DNA of 64,000 nt from contig JBMFRC010000004.1 of NCBI GenBank assembly GCA_049968235.1, positions 1 to 64,000 on the forward strand. The letters are read 5' to 3'. Position numbers and translations under genes: made by a program. How positions within the stretch are numbered: position 1 is the stretch's first letter; each line of letters begins with the position of its first letter. Below, in pieces: positions 1 to 11,600 of this stretch. Source of the stretch: Candidatus Hydrogenedens sp. Lineage in GTDB: Bacteria; Hydrogenedentota; Hydrogenedentia; Hydrogenedentales; Hydrogenedentaceae. Under the pieces are notes generated by a model, which did no database searches, had not been told where the DNA came from, and was given only the letters and a program-made list of their open reading frames with translations.

Positions 1-200
1 CTTGTAATAAATACATTTTCCCAGGGGCTATCATAAATTTTACCATTCCCCTCAACAGGTAAATACGAATATCATATACCTGTTTTTAATGCAAAATATT
101 TTTCGCTCCATTCATATGATTGTTGTTTTTTCATTTTGTATATGAGGACAAGCATGTCGGGGAAATTAAATTAAAAGGAAACATCAATAGTTATACTGTT

Positions 201-806
201 TTAACCATCCAGAGGTTTACGTCCTTCCAGTGCCTGTCGTAAAGTATAATCATCTGTTAATTCCAGACCTGCACCCATAGGAACTCCGTGAGCAATTCGA
301 GTAATTTTCACTCCTAATGGCTTAAGTTGGTGGGCTATGTATAAAGCAGTTGCCTCCCCTTCATTGGTAGCACTCGTAGCGATAATAACTTCTTTTACTC
401 TACGGGTTATCACCTTTTGAAATAATCGTGAAATCCCCAATTCCTCTGGACCAATTCCATCTAAAGGACTTAATAATCCATTCAAAACATAGTATTTCCC
501 CCGATACCCACCTGAACGCTCTATAGCCATAACGCCTGAAGGTTTTTCAACCACACAGAGCAAGTCTCCATCTCTCTCTAAAGAAGCACATATCGCACAA
601 GGTTCTATATCACTAAAGTCCTGGCATTCAGAACAACGTTTTATCTGTTTTCTAATCCGGGATACGGTTTCTACAAAGGTATCTACATCCTTTTCTGAGG
701 AAGATAGAATATGTAAGGCATATCGTTCTGCTGTTTTTTTCCCTACCCCTGGTAATGTTCGAAATGCATTTACTAAATTATCAAAAAGTTTATTGTTAAA
801 TAACAT
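201..806 (-). CDS. recR: Recombination protein RecR. It has a zinc-finger C4 motif and a Toprim domain.
   Basis: 201 aa. The N-terminal helix-hairpin-helix region reads LPGVGKKTAERYA. The zinc finger reads CSECQ...CAIC. A Toprim region with glycine-rich C-terminus follows. Confidence 0.9.
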   Translation of the reverse strand: MLFNNKLFDNLVNAFRTLPGVGKKTAERYALHILSSSEKDVDTFVETVSRIRKQIKRCSECQDFSDIEPCAICASLERDGDLLCVVEKPSGVMAIERSGGYRGKYYVLNGLLSPLDGIGPEELGISRLFQKVITRRVKEVIIATSATNEGEATALYIAHQLKPLGVKITRIAHGVPMGAGLELTDDYTLRQALEGRKPLDG

Positions 807-851
807 ATAAAAATAGTCGGCTGTATTGCTTTTGTCTGCTAATTTAGAAAA

Positions 852-1373
852 TTAACCTTGCTGTACTTCTGACAGCAGTTTTTTACGAATCTCAAACCAT
901 TCTTGATATTTTTCTTCACGGGTAATAATATCAATGTGGTCTAAAAATACAATTCCCTGTAAATGGTCATATTCGTGTTGAATAATACGTGCTAAGAAGT
1001 CTTCTGCTTCAAATTCTAATTTTTTACCACGAGGACTGTATGCCTTTACTTTTATACGCGATGCCCGGGGAACAACAGCATAAATTTTTGGTAAACTCAA
1101 GCATCCTTCTTCACCTTCGATTCGTTCTCCCTGAAGAATTAAGGTGGGATTTATAAGGCACAACGGTTTACTTTCGGGTTCGTGAATTACCATAATTTGT
1201 TTGGAAATACCAACCTGAGGACCCGCTAACCCCACTCCTTCATAGGCTATCATTGTTTCAAACATATCTTGAGCCAAATCCATCACATCGGATGTAATAC
1301 GGTCAAAGGGTTCTGCTACAGATGTTAAGGGGTCATCGGGATATAAAACTAAATCTAAAATCGCCATTATCAA
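852..1373 (-). CDS. def: Peptide deformylase.
   Basis: 173 aa. All three PDF motifs are present: GLAGPQVG, EGCLSLP and HEYDHLQG. Confidence 0.9.
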   Translation of the reverse strand: MIMAILDLVLYPDDPLTSVAEPFDRITSDVMDLAQDMFETMIAYEGVGLAGPQVGISKQIMVIHEPESKPLCLINPTLILQGERIEGEEGCLSLPKIYAVVPRASRIKVKAYSPRGKKLEFEAEDFLARIIQHEYDHLQGIVFLDHIDIITREEKYQEWFEIRKKLLSEVQQG

Positions 1374-1536
1374 ACCCTTCTAACTTAATTGTTTTAACTT
1401 CTAAAAACAAACCTTTATCTTAATGCATAAAAAATTGCTATATTATAGCATATTTATCTCTTTAAGTCAATAACTACTTGTATAATTAATTTTATTCCAT
1501 TTTTTCATGTTTTTTTAGCAATATTTTCTGAATTTA

Positions 1537-2916
1537 TTAAGCTTTTAATTTCTTTAATAACGATTCTACCATTCGATAGGTTTCAGTTTTCTTTTGTAGT
1601 TCTTGTTCTACTCGCTCACATGAATGTAACACAGTGGTATGGTCTTTCCCTCCGAATAATTCGCCAATATAACTCAGTGAAAGACTGGGTATTAATGAAC
1701 GACATAAATACATCCCTATTTGACGGGGTAAAACATATTGTTTTTTCCTACATCTTCCTTTCAAATCAACCAGACGCACATCAAACGTCTCAGCCACAGC
1801 ACGAAGTATCGCTTCGGGAGTAATCGTTGAAATCTGGTTTCGGTCTTCTATATCTCGGACCACCTGTTCCGCCTGTTCTAATGTAATTTTGCCATTCCCT
1901 CGAAGTTTCATCAAAGCAATGACCCCAGTTAATGCCCCTTCCAATTGACGGACATTAGAAGTAACTGAACGAGCAATATATTCTAAAATAGGGTCTTCTA
2001 ATTCATAGCCTTTTTGCATTAGTTTACTTTTTAATATGGCTACCCGGGTCTCAAAATCCGGTGGTTGTATATCTGTAACCAGTCCCCATTCAAAACGTGA
2101 AACGAGCCGACTTTCCACACCGCGTATTTCTTTAGGGCTCCGGTCGGATGAGAGAACTATCTGTTTGTGCTGGTCAAACAATTCATTAAAAGTATGGAAA
2201 AATTCAATCTGTGTGGCTTCTTTTTCAGCAATAAAATGAATATCATCAATAAGTAAAATATCTACTTTCCGATACTTTTCGCGAAAGCGGGATTGACTTC
2301 CTTCTGAAATACTCATGATTAATTCGTTGGTAAATTCTTCGGAGGTTACATACATTACTTTTTTTGAACTATCTCTGCGAAGTAATTGATGACCGATTCC
2401 CTGCATCAAATGAGTTTTTCCCAGCCCTGTCATACCATAGATAAACAGTGGATTATAATTTCTTCCCGGACTTTCTGAAACAGCCTTTGCTGCTGCATAC
2501 GCAAATTCATTTCCATGTCCTACAACAAAATTTTCAAAGGTGTAATTGGGATTTAATCTCAATCCATTGGAAGGCTTATGATTTTTTCTTGCTATGGGCT
2601 CCTCTGATAATTCTTTTACAGGTTTTACGATTTCTTTCCGAATTCCTGTTTTTGCCTCGTTTTCCGGTTGAATACAAAAATTAATGGAAATCTCTTTATG
2701 AAACACCTCGCGAATAGCGTTATCTAACACTTCACCATAGCGTTCCCGCAACCAGGAAAGAAAAAATTCATTGGGAACAGACAGAATCATACGCTCACCA
2801 TCAAATCCATTAAAAGACACATGAGAAAACCAATGTTCGCAAACTTGTGGCTCTAACATGTTTTCAAGACGATCTAACACTTGAACCCATAAAGATTCTT
2901 CTGTTTGAAAAGACAT
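1537..2916 (-). CDS. dnaA: Chromosomal replication initiator protein DnaA.
   Basis: 459 aa. Walker A reads GMTGLGKTHL. Walker B and sensor read LLIDDIHFIAEKEATQ. The C-terminal DnaA-box-binding HTH contains the CRKKQYVLPRQIGMYL-like signature. Confidence 0.92.
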   Translation of the reverse strand: MSFQTEESLWVQVLDRLENMLEPQVCEHWFSHVSFNGFDGERMILSVPNEFFLSWLRERYGEVLDNAIREVFHKEISINFCIQPENEAKTGIRKEIVKPVKELSEEPIARKNHKPSNGLRLNPNYTFENFVVGHGNEFAYAAAKAVSESPGRNYNPLFIYGMTGLGKTHLMQGIGHQLLRRDSSKKVMYVTSEEFTNELIMSISEGSQSRFREKYRKVDILLIDDIHFIAEKEATQIEFFHTFNELFDQHKQIVLSSDRSPKEIRGVESRLVSRFEWGLVTDIQPPDFETRVAILKSKLMQKGYELEDPILEYIARSVTSNVRQLEGALTGVIALMKLRGNGKITLEQAEQVVRDIEDRNQISTITPEAILRAVAETFDVRLVDLKGRCRKKQYVLPRQIGMYLCRSLIPSLSLSYIGELFGGKDHTTVLHSCERVEQELQKKTETYRMVESLLKKLKA

Positions 2917-3003
2917 ATTGCTTTCCTTATATTACTTAATTTTTTATTTATTAAAAATTTTTATTTCATTGATTTAATAATGTAACAAATACAGTTATTC
3001 CAC

Positions 3004-3405
3004 CTACTCCTCCTGCTTTACCCGTGTCCACAATGATTCTAAATATTCAATACGCTCTTCAGGAGACTCCGGAAGAACCGTTATCAAAGATTGAACCTTT
3101 TCCCAACGCCTTCGAAATGTTGTATAAGAAACAGAAAGACATTCCATAGGGTCTAATTTTAAGTACTGTGCCAGATGTAATGAAACTAAATATAAATCCC
3201 CTATTTCTTTCTTTAATTTTTCGGTATCCTGTGTGTGTATTTCTTTTTCAATCTCATCGATTTCTTCTCGAATTTTATTTAAGATACCTATGGAATCATT
3301 CCACTCAAATCCAAAATCACTTGCTTCTTTTTGTATTTCCAATGCTTTGCATAATAACATTGGAACAGAATTTATATCGTTTATCTTACCATGTAAATTC
3401 ATCAA
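3004..3405 (-). CDS. MazG-like nucleotide pyrophosphohydrolase, single domain.
   Basis: 133 aa. The EIDEIEKEI and E-x-GDL helical motifs (EIGDLYLVSLHLAQYL) are characteristic of the MazG/NTP-PPase fold. Confidence 0.6.
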   Translation of the reverse strand: MMNLHGKINDINSVPMLLCKALEIQKEASDFGFEWNDSIGILNKIREEIDEIEKEIHTQDTEKLKKEIGDLYLVSLHLAQYLKLDPMECLSVSYTTFRRRWEKVQSLITVLPESPEERIEYLESLWTRVKQEE

Positions 3406-3740
3406 AAATATCTTCCCGATCTAAAAATCGTTTTTTTTTAAATTTGTTCTATTCACACGGAAACTCCCCAGAGCCCAAAACTCTCTTTTCATTTTTAATA
3501 AAACTAAAAGATAAATATAGCATGTAAGAAATCAAAATTCAAGAAGTTTTTTTTAATTTTCTAACCATTTGTTTAGCAACAACTTAAAAAGGAGAAGTTC
3601 TGTATGTTTTTAAACAATTTAATATGAATAAGTAAATATATAAACAAACACAAAAAAATATTAATAAGTTTGTTAATATTTATTTATGTTTTAATAGATA
3701 CAAATAAATAATTATGAGATTCGGTATATACAGAAAATTC

Positions 3741-4919
3741 TTAGTGATTTGTAGATACATTCAAAGCAGATGCCCAGTGCATAAGAGAAAAACCGTAATG
3801 TGTTCTTAAAATATCTATACATCTTAAAACACGATGCATCTTTTCTTCTTGTGGAAAATAAAATAAGTTTTTTTGTTCTGTGAATACAACTAATCCGGAG
3901 AGAATAATTCCCACCAATCGTACCTGATATTTTCGTTCTTGAGCTTTTTTAATAAGAGGAGGTAATGCAGATATAAAATCATTGTCCAGTATCGTAGCAT
4001 AGGGGAAAGAATATGAAAATGTTTTTGTAATGAAATCTGAGTAACGGACCTTTAGAGTTATCCTTCGGGCTTTCATATTTTTTTGTCTTAATTCATAAGT
4101 ACATGCTTCTAATAGTTTCACGATTTGTGGAAGAATATCTTTCCAGTAGATTAAATCGTTATCAAAAGTAATTTCTCGCGAAATTATACGGGGGTTGTCT
4201 AAACAGATTATCTTCTCTACATCACGACCTCGTGACCATTGAAAGATATGAAAGCCATAATTCAGACCGAATATTTTTTCCAATTCTTCCATAGAAAGTC
4301 GCCAGATTTGACCTATCGTATATATACCCAAAGAATGAAAAGTTTGTTCGGCTTTAGGTCCCACACCCGGGATACATCGCACATGTAAGGAAGCCAAAAA
4401 CTCCAATTCTTTCCCTGAGGGAACTGATAAATATCCATCTGGCTTTGCTTGTTTTACTGCCATTTTTGAAATAATATAAGTGGATGCAATTCCGACAGTA
4501 CACTGCAGTCCCATTTTATCTTTTAATGTCCTTTTTAATTTTAAAGCCAACTTATCTTCCGAACCGAATAAATGAACAGAACCGGTAATATCCAGAAAAG
4601 ATTCATCAATGGAAGTTACCATTACTTCCGGTGCAAAATCGTAAAGGTGTTTTACTACCTGCTCTGAAATATATACATATTTTTCGTAATTTCCGGAAAT
4701 TAAAATGGCATGAGGACACTTTCTTCGAACTTCTCTTATGGGCATACCCGCTGAAACTCCGTATTCTCTGGCTTCGTATGAAGCAGAAGAAACAACTCCT
4801 CGCGGACCATCTATCCGGGTTACCACGACCAGAGGCTTCCTCTGAAATTCAGGGTGTTCTGCTTGTTCTACAGAAGCAAAGAAGGCATCCATATCCACAT
4901 GTAATATTCGTGATTTCAT
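3741..4919 (-). CDS. dinB: DNA polymerase IV, a Y-family translesion polymerase.
   Basis: 392 aa. The N-terminus reads ILHVDMDAFFASVE, which includes the catalytic Asp. The SIDE motif and the little-finger domain are present. Confidence 0.85.
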   Translation of the reverse strand: MKSRILHVDMDAFFASVEQAEHPEFQRKPLVVVTRIDGPRGVVSSASYEAREYGVSAGMPIREVRRKCPHAILISGNYEKYVYISEQVVKHLYDFAPEVMVTSIDESFLDITGSVHLFGSEDKLALKLKRTLKDKMGLQCTVGIASTYIISKMAVKQAKPDGYLSVPSGKELEFLASLHVRCIPGVGPKAEQTFHSLGIYTIGQIWRLSMEELEKIFGLNYGFHIFQWSRGRDVEKIICLDNPRIISREITFDNDLIYWKDILPQIVKLLEACTYELRQKNMKARRITLKVRYSDFITKTFSYSFPYATILDNDFISALPPLIKKAQERKYQVRLVGIILSGLVVFTEQKNLFYFPQEEKMHRVLRCIDILRTHYGFSLMHWASALNVSTNH

Positions 4920-5143
4920 TCATAAATCTCCTTTATTATATAGTGAAAATTTTTTCACTTTATAATTATAAGCTTTTCTCTTTCACTTCTCAAATCCTTT
5001 CTTATCCCCAAAAAATCTCCTGAAAAATAAAAAGGGTAATCTGGAGGTTGAAAATGACACTTCGATTGCGATATTCTTTTCGCTACTTTATGAAAAATTG
5101 AAAAAAGAAAAATAAAACAAACATCAGGAAAGAGTCTTTTTCT

Positions 5144-5509
5144 ATGCCAACTATTAAATACATTTGTCCTCAATGTGGGAAAAAATTTGTAGAATGGGGC
5201 GCTCAAAAGTTTGACTTTAAATGTCCTAATTGTCGTGATGTCCAATTACAACGGATTGGTATTAGTAGCGAACAGATAACATCCACACCCAAAATACGAA
5301 GGAAACCACGACTTGTTGAAGACGAAGGAGACATTGAGTTCCCAGAAGGGTATGCTCAGGAAGAAGAATTTGATGATTTTGGAGTTCCCGATGTTCCTAT
5401 TATAGAAGATGAAGAGATTCCTCTTGAAAATGATATTATTCCTTCGGAAGAAATTCCCCCCGAAGAAACTGAAATTGTAGAAGAAGACTTAGACACTGAA
5501 GAAGAATAA
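5144..5509 (+). CDS. Small zinc-ribbon protein with a highly acidic C-terminal tail.
   Basis: 121 aa. The zinc ribbon reads CPQCGKK...CPNC. A basic linker follows. The C-terminal half is more than 45% Asp/Glu. A Shine-Dalgarno-like AGGAAAGAG sits upstream. Confidence 0.6.
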   Translation: MPTIKYICPQCGKKFVEWGAQKFDFKCPNCRDVQLQRIGISSEQITSTPKIRRKPRLVEDEGDIEFPEGYAQEEEFDDFGVPDVPIIEDEEIPLENDIIPSEEIPPEETEIVEEDLDTEEE

Positions 5510-5673
5510 TTTGATAGGGCAGAATACTGTATTTGAAAAATTTTTAGGGGTTAATATCTTTTTAGTCTGTTCGGCGCTGGGTTTAATTAAAAATATTCCA
5601 ATTATATAATCTTATTCTCCGATAGTAAAAAGTATGATTACAATATATATTATAAAAATATAAACATAGGGTT

Positions 5674-6984
5674 TTATTCCTCTTTACTTCCCTGCAACTC
5701 GGGGTGTAAGTATAAGGTATACGAAGGGTCTAATCGCATTGACTTTTTCCGTTTCACCCAGCCAACAATCTGTATGGACAACCATTCCGCTCCGTATTTA
5801 AACCCAAAATTTTCCCAAACTTTTACTATACCATGCCAGAATACTAACACCAAAACAATAAAAGGAATGATATACAGTGGATTTTTGGGGAACTCCGTTG
5901 GAGAACCAATTACCCACAAATAAATTCGACCTAAACTTACGGCAACCGGCCCTTCTAATAAAAATATAGTCAAAGCGACCATACTAATCCTGCGTAGAAC
6001 TATCGTATGTTTCATCCACCATTTCCGTTCATCGATACCTGTATATTCCATAACCCCGATTAAATAAGCCACCAGCATAAGCATTAAACCGACATCCAGT
6101 ATCTGTATCTTAAAAGGAAGCGGAGATTGTGCGAATTCTATGGGCTTTAATCCATAAATCCACATTATACTTCCTGCCAACATTACGAAGGAAATCCCCA
6201 ATCCAAAGCCATAACCGCGTATCTTTGATAATTCAATTCGTTCGGATAAGGCAATTCCGAATACAGCTCCCAGGTAACCGTATGCCATATTCGGCAGTGG
6301 TCCCAGAACAAATTTTAATAACCATGCCAGTCCCCAGCGTTCTTCCTGTATTGCTTGATGAAAAACATTATCTAATGCATGATGTATCGTTGGGGAGATA
6401 AATAACAAAGTCAATGCAATACCTGTTAAAATACGGAAAGTATATCTACGGTCAAACAATTCTCCTGTCCGCCATAACGCATATAAAGTTATATGAAGGA
6501 AAAATAAACTTATACCGATATTCCCTAATGCGTCTGTATAAAAAAGAATATCTATCGAAAAATCCGGTGAACTGCCTTTCCAGATAAATCCTGTTATTAA
6601 AGTCTCATAAAAACGGCCGTTAAACGGCATACGATGATGGAAGAAGGTCATATTGATAAAAGAATAACAGATGAGAAGAAAGGAATTAACCAATCCACCT
6701 AAAAGCAACCGGTTTAATTCAGGGGTTATATGAGATGTATCTTTATATTTCAATAAATTCTGATGCATTGTATATGCATAGGCTGTACCGGATAACATAA
6801 CAAAAATAGGCGACCATGTTGCCAGAATAACCAGGGGCGCAAAAATAATAAATATCCACGGATTGGCATTTTCTATAGATTGGGGATTGTTGTTATATAC
6901 AACCGCATTAAACGCATGAAGCCATATAATATAAATAATAAAAAAGCCTCTTAGACAATCAACATATATCAACCTTTTTTTCAC
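5674..6984 (-). CDS. Polytopic membrane protein resembling the acyltransferase-3 / DUF1624-DUF418 families.
   Basis: 436 aa. About 10 to 12 predicted TM helices. The N-terminal YVDCLRGFFII resembles the conserved RG motif of the heparan-glucosaminide N-acetyltransferase-like family. Confidence 0.4.
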   Translation of the reverse strand: MKKRLIYVDCLRGFFIIYIIWLHAFNAVVYNNNPQSIENANPWIFIIFAPLVILATWSPIFVMLSGTAYAYTMHQNLLKYKDTSHITPELNRLLLGGLVNSFLLICYSFINMTFFHHRMPFNGRFYETLITGFIWKGSSPDFSIDILFYTDALGNIGISLFFLHITLYALWRTGELFDRRYTFRILTGIALTLLFISPTIHHALDNVFHQAIQEERWGLAWLLKFVLGPLPNMAYGYLGAVFGIALSERIELSKIRGYGFGLGISFVMLAGSIMWIYGLKPIEFAQSPLPFKIQILDVGLMLMLVAYLIGVMEYTGIDERKWWMKHTIVLRRISMVALTIFLLEGPVAVSLGRIYLWVIGSPTEFPKNPLYIIPFIVLVLVFWHGIVKVWENFGFKYGAEWLSIQIVGWVKRKKSMRLDPSYTLYLHPELQGSKEE

Positions 6985-7474
6985 TTCTTTGTCCCTTTCA
7001 CTTCGTAACTGTTATAACTGCAAACTTTGTTTATAAATACAAATAAGTTACGGTTTTATTACATAGTTTCTCTCATTTTAAGATTAAACCCAACAATTTA
7101 TTTCGTCTCATAAATAACAACACAAATCTTACACACAAAAATTCTTTTATCTGTGTTTTTGTTGATTCTTAAAAATGCCTCAAATACATTTCAGAGATAA
7201 TTTCACATTTAATTACAAAGCATGTCATTATCAGCATGAAACAATATGTGAAGGAATAAAACATGTTATGTTATATATGAGAAACAAGAAGGAAAAATGA
7301 ATACACGGAATTAAAAACCTCTCTCCCGCGACAAAAGAACAATATATTCGAATATAAGTCTTCTTTAAGATTTCTTATATTTTATAAAGAACTGGCTAAA
7401 AATGAAACTACATCCATTTATTAACAATTTAAGATAACCGAAATCAATCTTATGCCGTTCAAATACAATCTCAA

Positions 7475-8353
7475 TCAGAAAATGAGTGAAATAAGAACAC
7501 CTAATGGGTCTGCTGGGAATACACTGGGCCAACGAAGAAATTCTACATGTCCATCCATATACAGCACATTACCACCGCCCGGAACATGATTAAATGTTGA
7601 CGCTCCAGCATATACTGCTATCTCATCCCACATAACGGGTATCTCACTTGATGCTTTGGCACTTGCGGAAGGATTGTTAATATCCGTAATCAAAAACCGC
7701 TCTATACCCATTCTCAAACGGGGCAGAGACGCAAGGTCACTTAATTTACCTAAAATCCGCTGTTCTATGGGTAAACTATCATAGTAGAAAATCTCTAACA
7801 TCTTTGTAACAATATCATCTTTAATATACTGATACGCTAAATTAATTATGGTGCCTGCATCCGCATTTACATCAAGCCCAATTTCGGTTAAAGTTCTCGG
7901 AACCGTAATACCGGGGTCGAAAATTATAGAGGGATGTAAAGTCCAGCCAAGATAATAATAACTACCACGTGCTAATCTGCACGGCTCAACCGGTTTGGTA
8001 AGGTCACCATCTTGATGAAATGCTCGTCGAACTGATTCCGCATCGGAATCGGATGGGCAGACACAAATATTTACATCATTCAAATATTCAGGATAAACAG
8101 AAGGTCCATTAAAAGTTGCATCACGCGAAAAACCTCCATCACAGTTGTATAACTTTATAGGTGGGAACATTTCTCCCTTTGCCTCATTTGCATACATATT
8201 GAAAACCAGTCCCATCTGTTTCAGATTGTTCTGACAACTCGACCGTCTCGCAGCTTCTCGGGCTCTTGCCAGTGCAGGCAATAATATTGCCGCTAAAATC
8301 CCAATAATGGCAATAACGACCAATAACTCAATAAGCGTAAAACCTTTTTTCAT
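7475..8353 (-). CDS. Prepilin-type N-terminal cleavage/methylation protein with a DUF1559 H-X9-DG domain.
   Basis: 292 aa. The N-terminus [27 protein letters not shown] is a class III signal peptide. The C-terminal [17 protein letters not shown] is the H-X9-DG signature typical of Planctomycetes, Verrucomicrobia and Lentisphaerae. Confidence 0.85.
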   Translation of the reverse strand: MKKGFTLIELLVVIAIIGILAAILLPALARAREAARRSSCQNNLKQMGLVFNMYANEAKGEMFPPIKLYNCDGGFSRDATFNGPSVYPEYLNDVNICVCPSDSDAESVRRAFHQDGDLTKPVEPCRLARGSYYYLGWTLHPSIIFDPGITVPRTLTEIGLDVNADAGTIINLAYQYIKDDIVTKMLEIFYYDSLPIEQRILGKLSDLASLPRLRMGIERFLITDINNPSASAKASSEIPVMWDEIAVYAGASTFNHVPGGGNVLYMDGHVEFLRWPSVFPADPLGVLISLIF

Positions 8354-8609
8354 GGAATAACTCCTTTTTTAAAGGTTTAACTTACCTTGTATCCTTTACC
8401 TATTTATAGTATAGAATTTTATTTATAGAAATTCAATATTTTCACATTAAAAATAAACTATATGTACAATATGAACAGGATGTAAGGTATGTTATAATGA
8501 GTATCTATGGGTCAGAGGTAGGAGAAAACAGATGATATTCGAAAAGCAAGAGGACTGATGATAAGAAGAGACTGTAGTTATTTAGAAAAGGTTCAAAATA
8601 AACAGGGGG

Positions 8610-11600
8610 TCAAAATATACAGGTAAGAAGCCAGTCGTCTTCTATTTTGTTGAGGTTGGGAGATAGGTAGATGAGATTTGATTGCTTATCCCATTTGTCA
8701 TATTCAGTGCTGTTGAGCAGGACCTGTTTGATAGGTTTATTGTAAGGGTGTCGGATTCTCAATATTACCTTGCGGAAATTTTTATCTTTCGTTAGATGTA
8801 TTGTTCCGATTATCTCATCATTATTTATATTTGACTGTAAACTATAACTTACTTTACCGAAGTAGGTATCTGCATTTTTAATTGTAATCTGCTTTCCTGC
8901 TTCGAGCCAGTAGGATGGAATAAATGGTGCTAACCAGAGGGTATCTTTATCTTCACGGAGGAACATTTTTCGTGTTTGAATGAGGAACCAGCCGGTTTCG
9001 TGTGTTTTGTTCCATGCTCCGATATTGTGGAAATGTTCCCAGAACGATAGGTTTTCTGTGTTCAGTAAAGAAGGAATGGCATTGAAATAGGAACGGATAA
9101 AGGGTTTTACTTCGTCTCGCAGGGCGTACGTTTCTGCTATTCGTGTATAATAGGGCTGTATCTTTGAAAATCCACCTAAATTGAATGGGTCTTGCTTGTT
9201 CCCTTCTTCCGGATAATCACCTTCCCCGCTAAAGGCGAACCAGTAATCGGAATGAAGGAACCAGTAATCTTCCATGTGCTGGACAATGTTTTCCGCATCG
9301 TTGCTGTATGGGTCCAGAATACCGAGAGGGATCAGATGATGCGGTCCCAATTCGACATCATACGCCCAACTTCTGCCGGCATCTTCTCCGGGAAACATTT
9401 CACCGGAGGTACCAAAGGTATATAAGTTGGGTGGGTAGGGTAATATCCATTTTCCGTTTGAAAGCGGTAATACGGGTGTTCTCTCCTTATTCCATTCAAA
9501 TGCCCTCAGAATAGATACGGTTAATTCCTTTGCTCCTCTGAGATATTTATCTGCTAATGGGTAGTTTATATCTTTCAATATGGAGCCTATCCCATGAAGT
9601 CCCGCACAAAAATGTCCCTGTATAGCGAACCTATATGCGAAACGATTCCAATCTGCACCGACGCCCGGTGGCATAAGTCCGTATTCCGGTATTCTCTCCC
9701 CATCGATATCCACCTTTTTTGTCTTCTCGCACTGTGCCATTATCCAATCACAAACACGGGAAAGTTTATCTGCATATCTTGATAGCCATTCTTTGTCTCT
9801 CGTAAGTTGGTAATGCTCGGCTAATGTCCATAAGTGCCAGCCTGTTCCCATCAGTGTATAACCCGTGGTCAGATACCCTGCACGGTTATATTTACTGATA
9901 AAATATTCCAATGATTTCCGTGAAAACTCATGCCAGCCCATAAGGTCCATTCCATATACAATCGAATGTGCTTCACTTTCTAATGGACCGTATGACATGG
10001 AGGCTATCCATGGTGCAATGAACTTTCCTTCAGAACGACCTGCTATCAAGCAGTGAACCTGAGATGCTTTGATAACATTATTCAGCAAGGGTTCGGGTAT
10101 GCTTATTTCTATTGAGTCTGCAAATAACTTTTTCCAGTATTCCACTGTTTTTTCCAGGAGTTGCTCTTCTTCTATGTGTTCGATTTCGTTTGTATTCATA
10201 TCCGTATCGGATGGGATGATAACACATAACTTGATAAAAGAACCTGAAGATACGGGATGATTTATGAAGATATTTTCTCCATTTATCTCAGCGATTGCAT
10301 TCTCTATTTTGCAAATACCTAATATCTTGTCATCCTCTTTTACAAATATAATCTGATTTTTCTTTTCTAATTCTGCTTTTATTCCCTCTCTTTTATGGGA
10401 GTAAAAAGAAAGAGAAAAATCGGAATGTTTCTCTTTCCCATCGTCATTTTTCATTTCGAATTGTGAGATACACAGTGATTTTTTCTCTTTATAGGGTGCA
10501 ACAAAGGTTCTTGACCAATAGGTAATACCATCGTCATTTTTTTCTATAACAGGCACCGGCATCCAATCTTGATAAAGAGTGCGTTTTAATTTGTCGCTAT
10601 TCCCCATACGAACCTTCATAAAAAAGTCGTTAAACTGGATAGAACCTTCTCTCTCCACGATGAATTTATTATTATCACATGCGAGGGACAACATTGTGGG
10701 ACCATTGTCTTGAACGGGATGATGAATTTTTTTCATTGCATTTGAAAAGGTTTGTTCCGGAAGTGAACGGACACTATCAAGAACACTTTGTTTGCCTTCT
10801 ATCGTCTTTTTGTATTCATTTATCGTAAGAGAGGAAGATTGCAAAACAGCAAAGACACCTACAGAAGGCACATACACACAGGGATGGGTTAATATATCTT
10901 CTATTGCAATACAAAGTTTTGTATCTGGCAGATGAATCCATAACAGGGTTCTATCCCCTTTATCACTTCGAGGGATGCTGTGAAGGAGATTAAGTGTAAG
11001 TGGCTCAGAAAGTTTCCATAATTGACACAACGAATTTGACGACTCTAAAAATGTTCCATTATAAATCTGGAGCGTTGCCTGAGTATTTGAATCGCCTTGT
11101 TCTTTTTCCAATCTTATAACAGTTTTGTCCCAGTATGAATTAGTATATGCATTCAAATTTTTAATATATAGTGGCTTATCACTTTCAAAAATCCACCTGA
11201 TTTTCTCGGTGCCTTTCCAGATAAAAAGATTATCCCGCCATGGGATATGTAAAGAACATTGGTTCCCTTTTACTTCGACCTTGCCTTCTACATTTTGCCA
11301 TTTCCCCTGCCATGGAGATTCGCCTGTCCATGCTTCCACTTTGATTTGTGATGGTATATTATTATCAGCAAATTCAACTGAAAGGTCTGTTAATTTTCGT
11401 CTTTCATACCATCGCAATCCTATACATTTTACTCCCTTATAATCCGGAACCTCATAGTTTCCTTCTTCCCGGGGCTGTAGTTTTGTCTCTAAAGATATAT
11501 CCTCTGCCGGGAACTCCTCTACTCTGGAACAATGAGCCCCTTCATACCGCTTTGGGTCGCATGTAATTACATCTGCAAACAAGGCAATGTCCAGATTATT

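Noticed and set aside
3604-3627. A tiny ORF, MFLNNLI, with an AGGAG Shine-Dalgarno in the mazG-dinB spacer.
   Set aside because: It is seven codons long with no downstream gene to regulate on that strand. It is probably a chance occurrence in AT-rich DNA.
5560-5600. A GC-richer patch checked for a tRNA.
   Set aside because: There is no T-arm GGTTCGAATCC-like box and no acceptor-stem pairing. No tRNA was found anywhere in the window.
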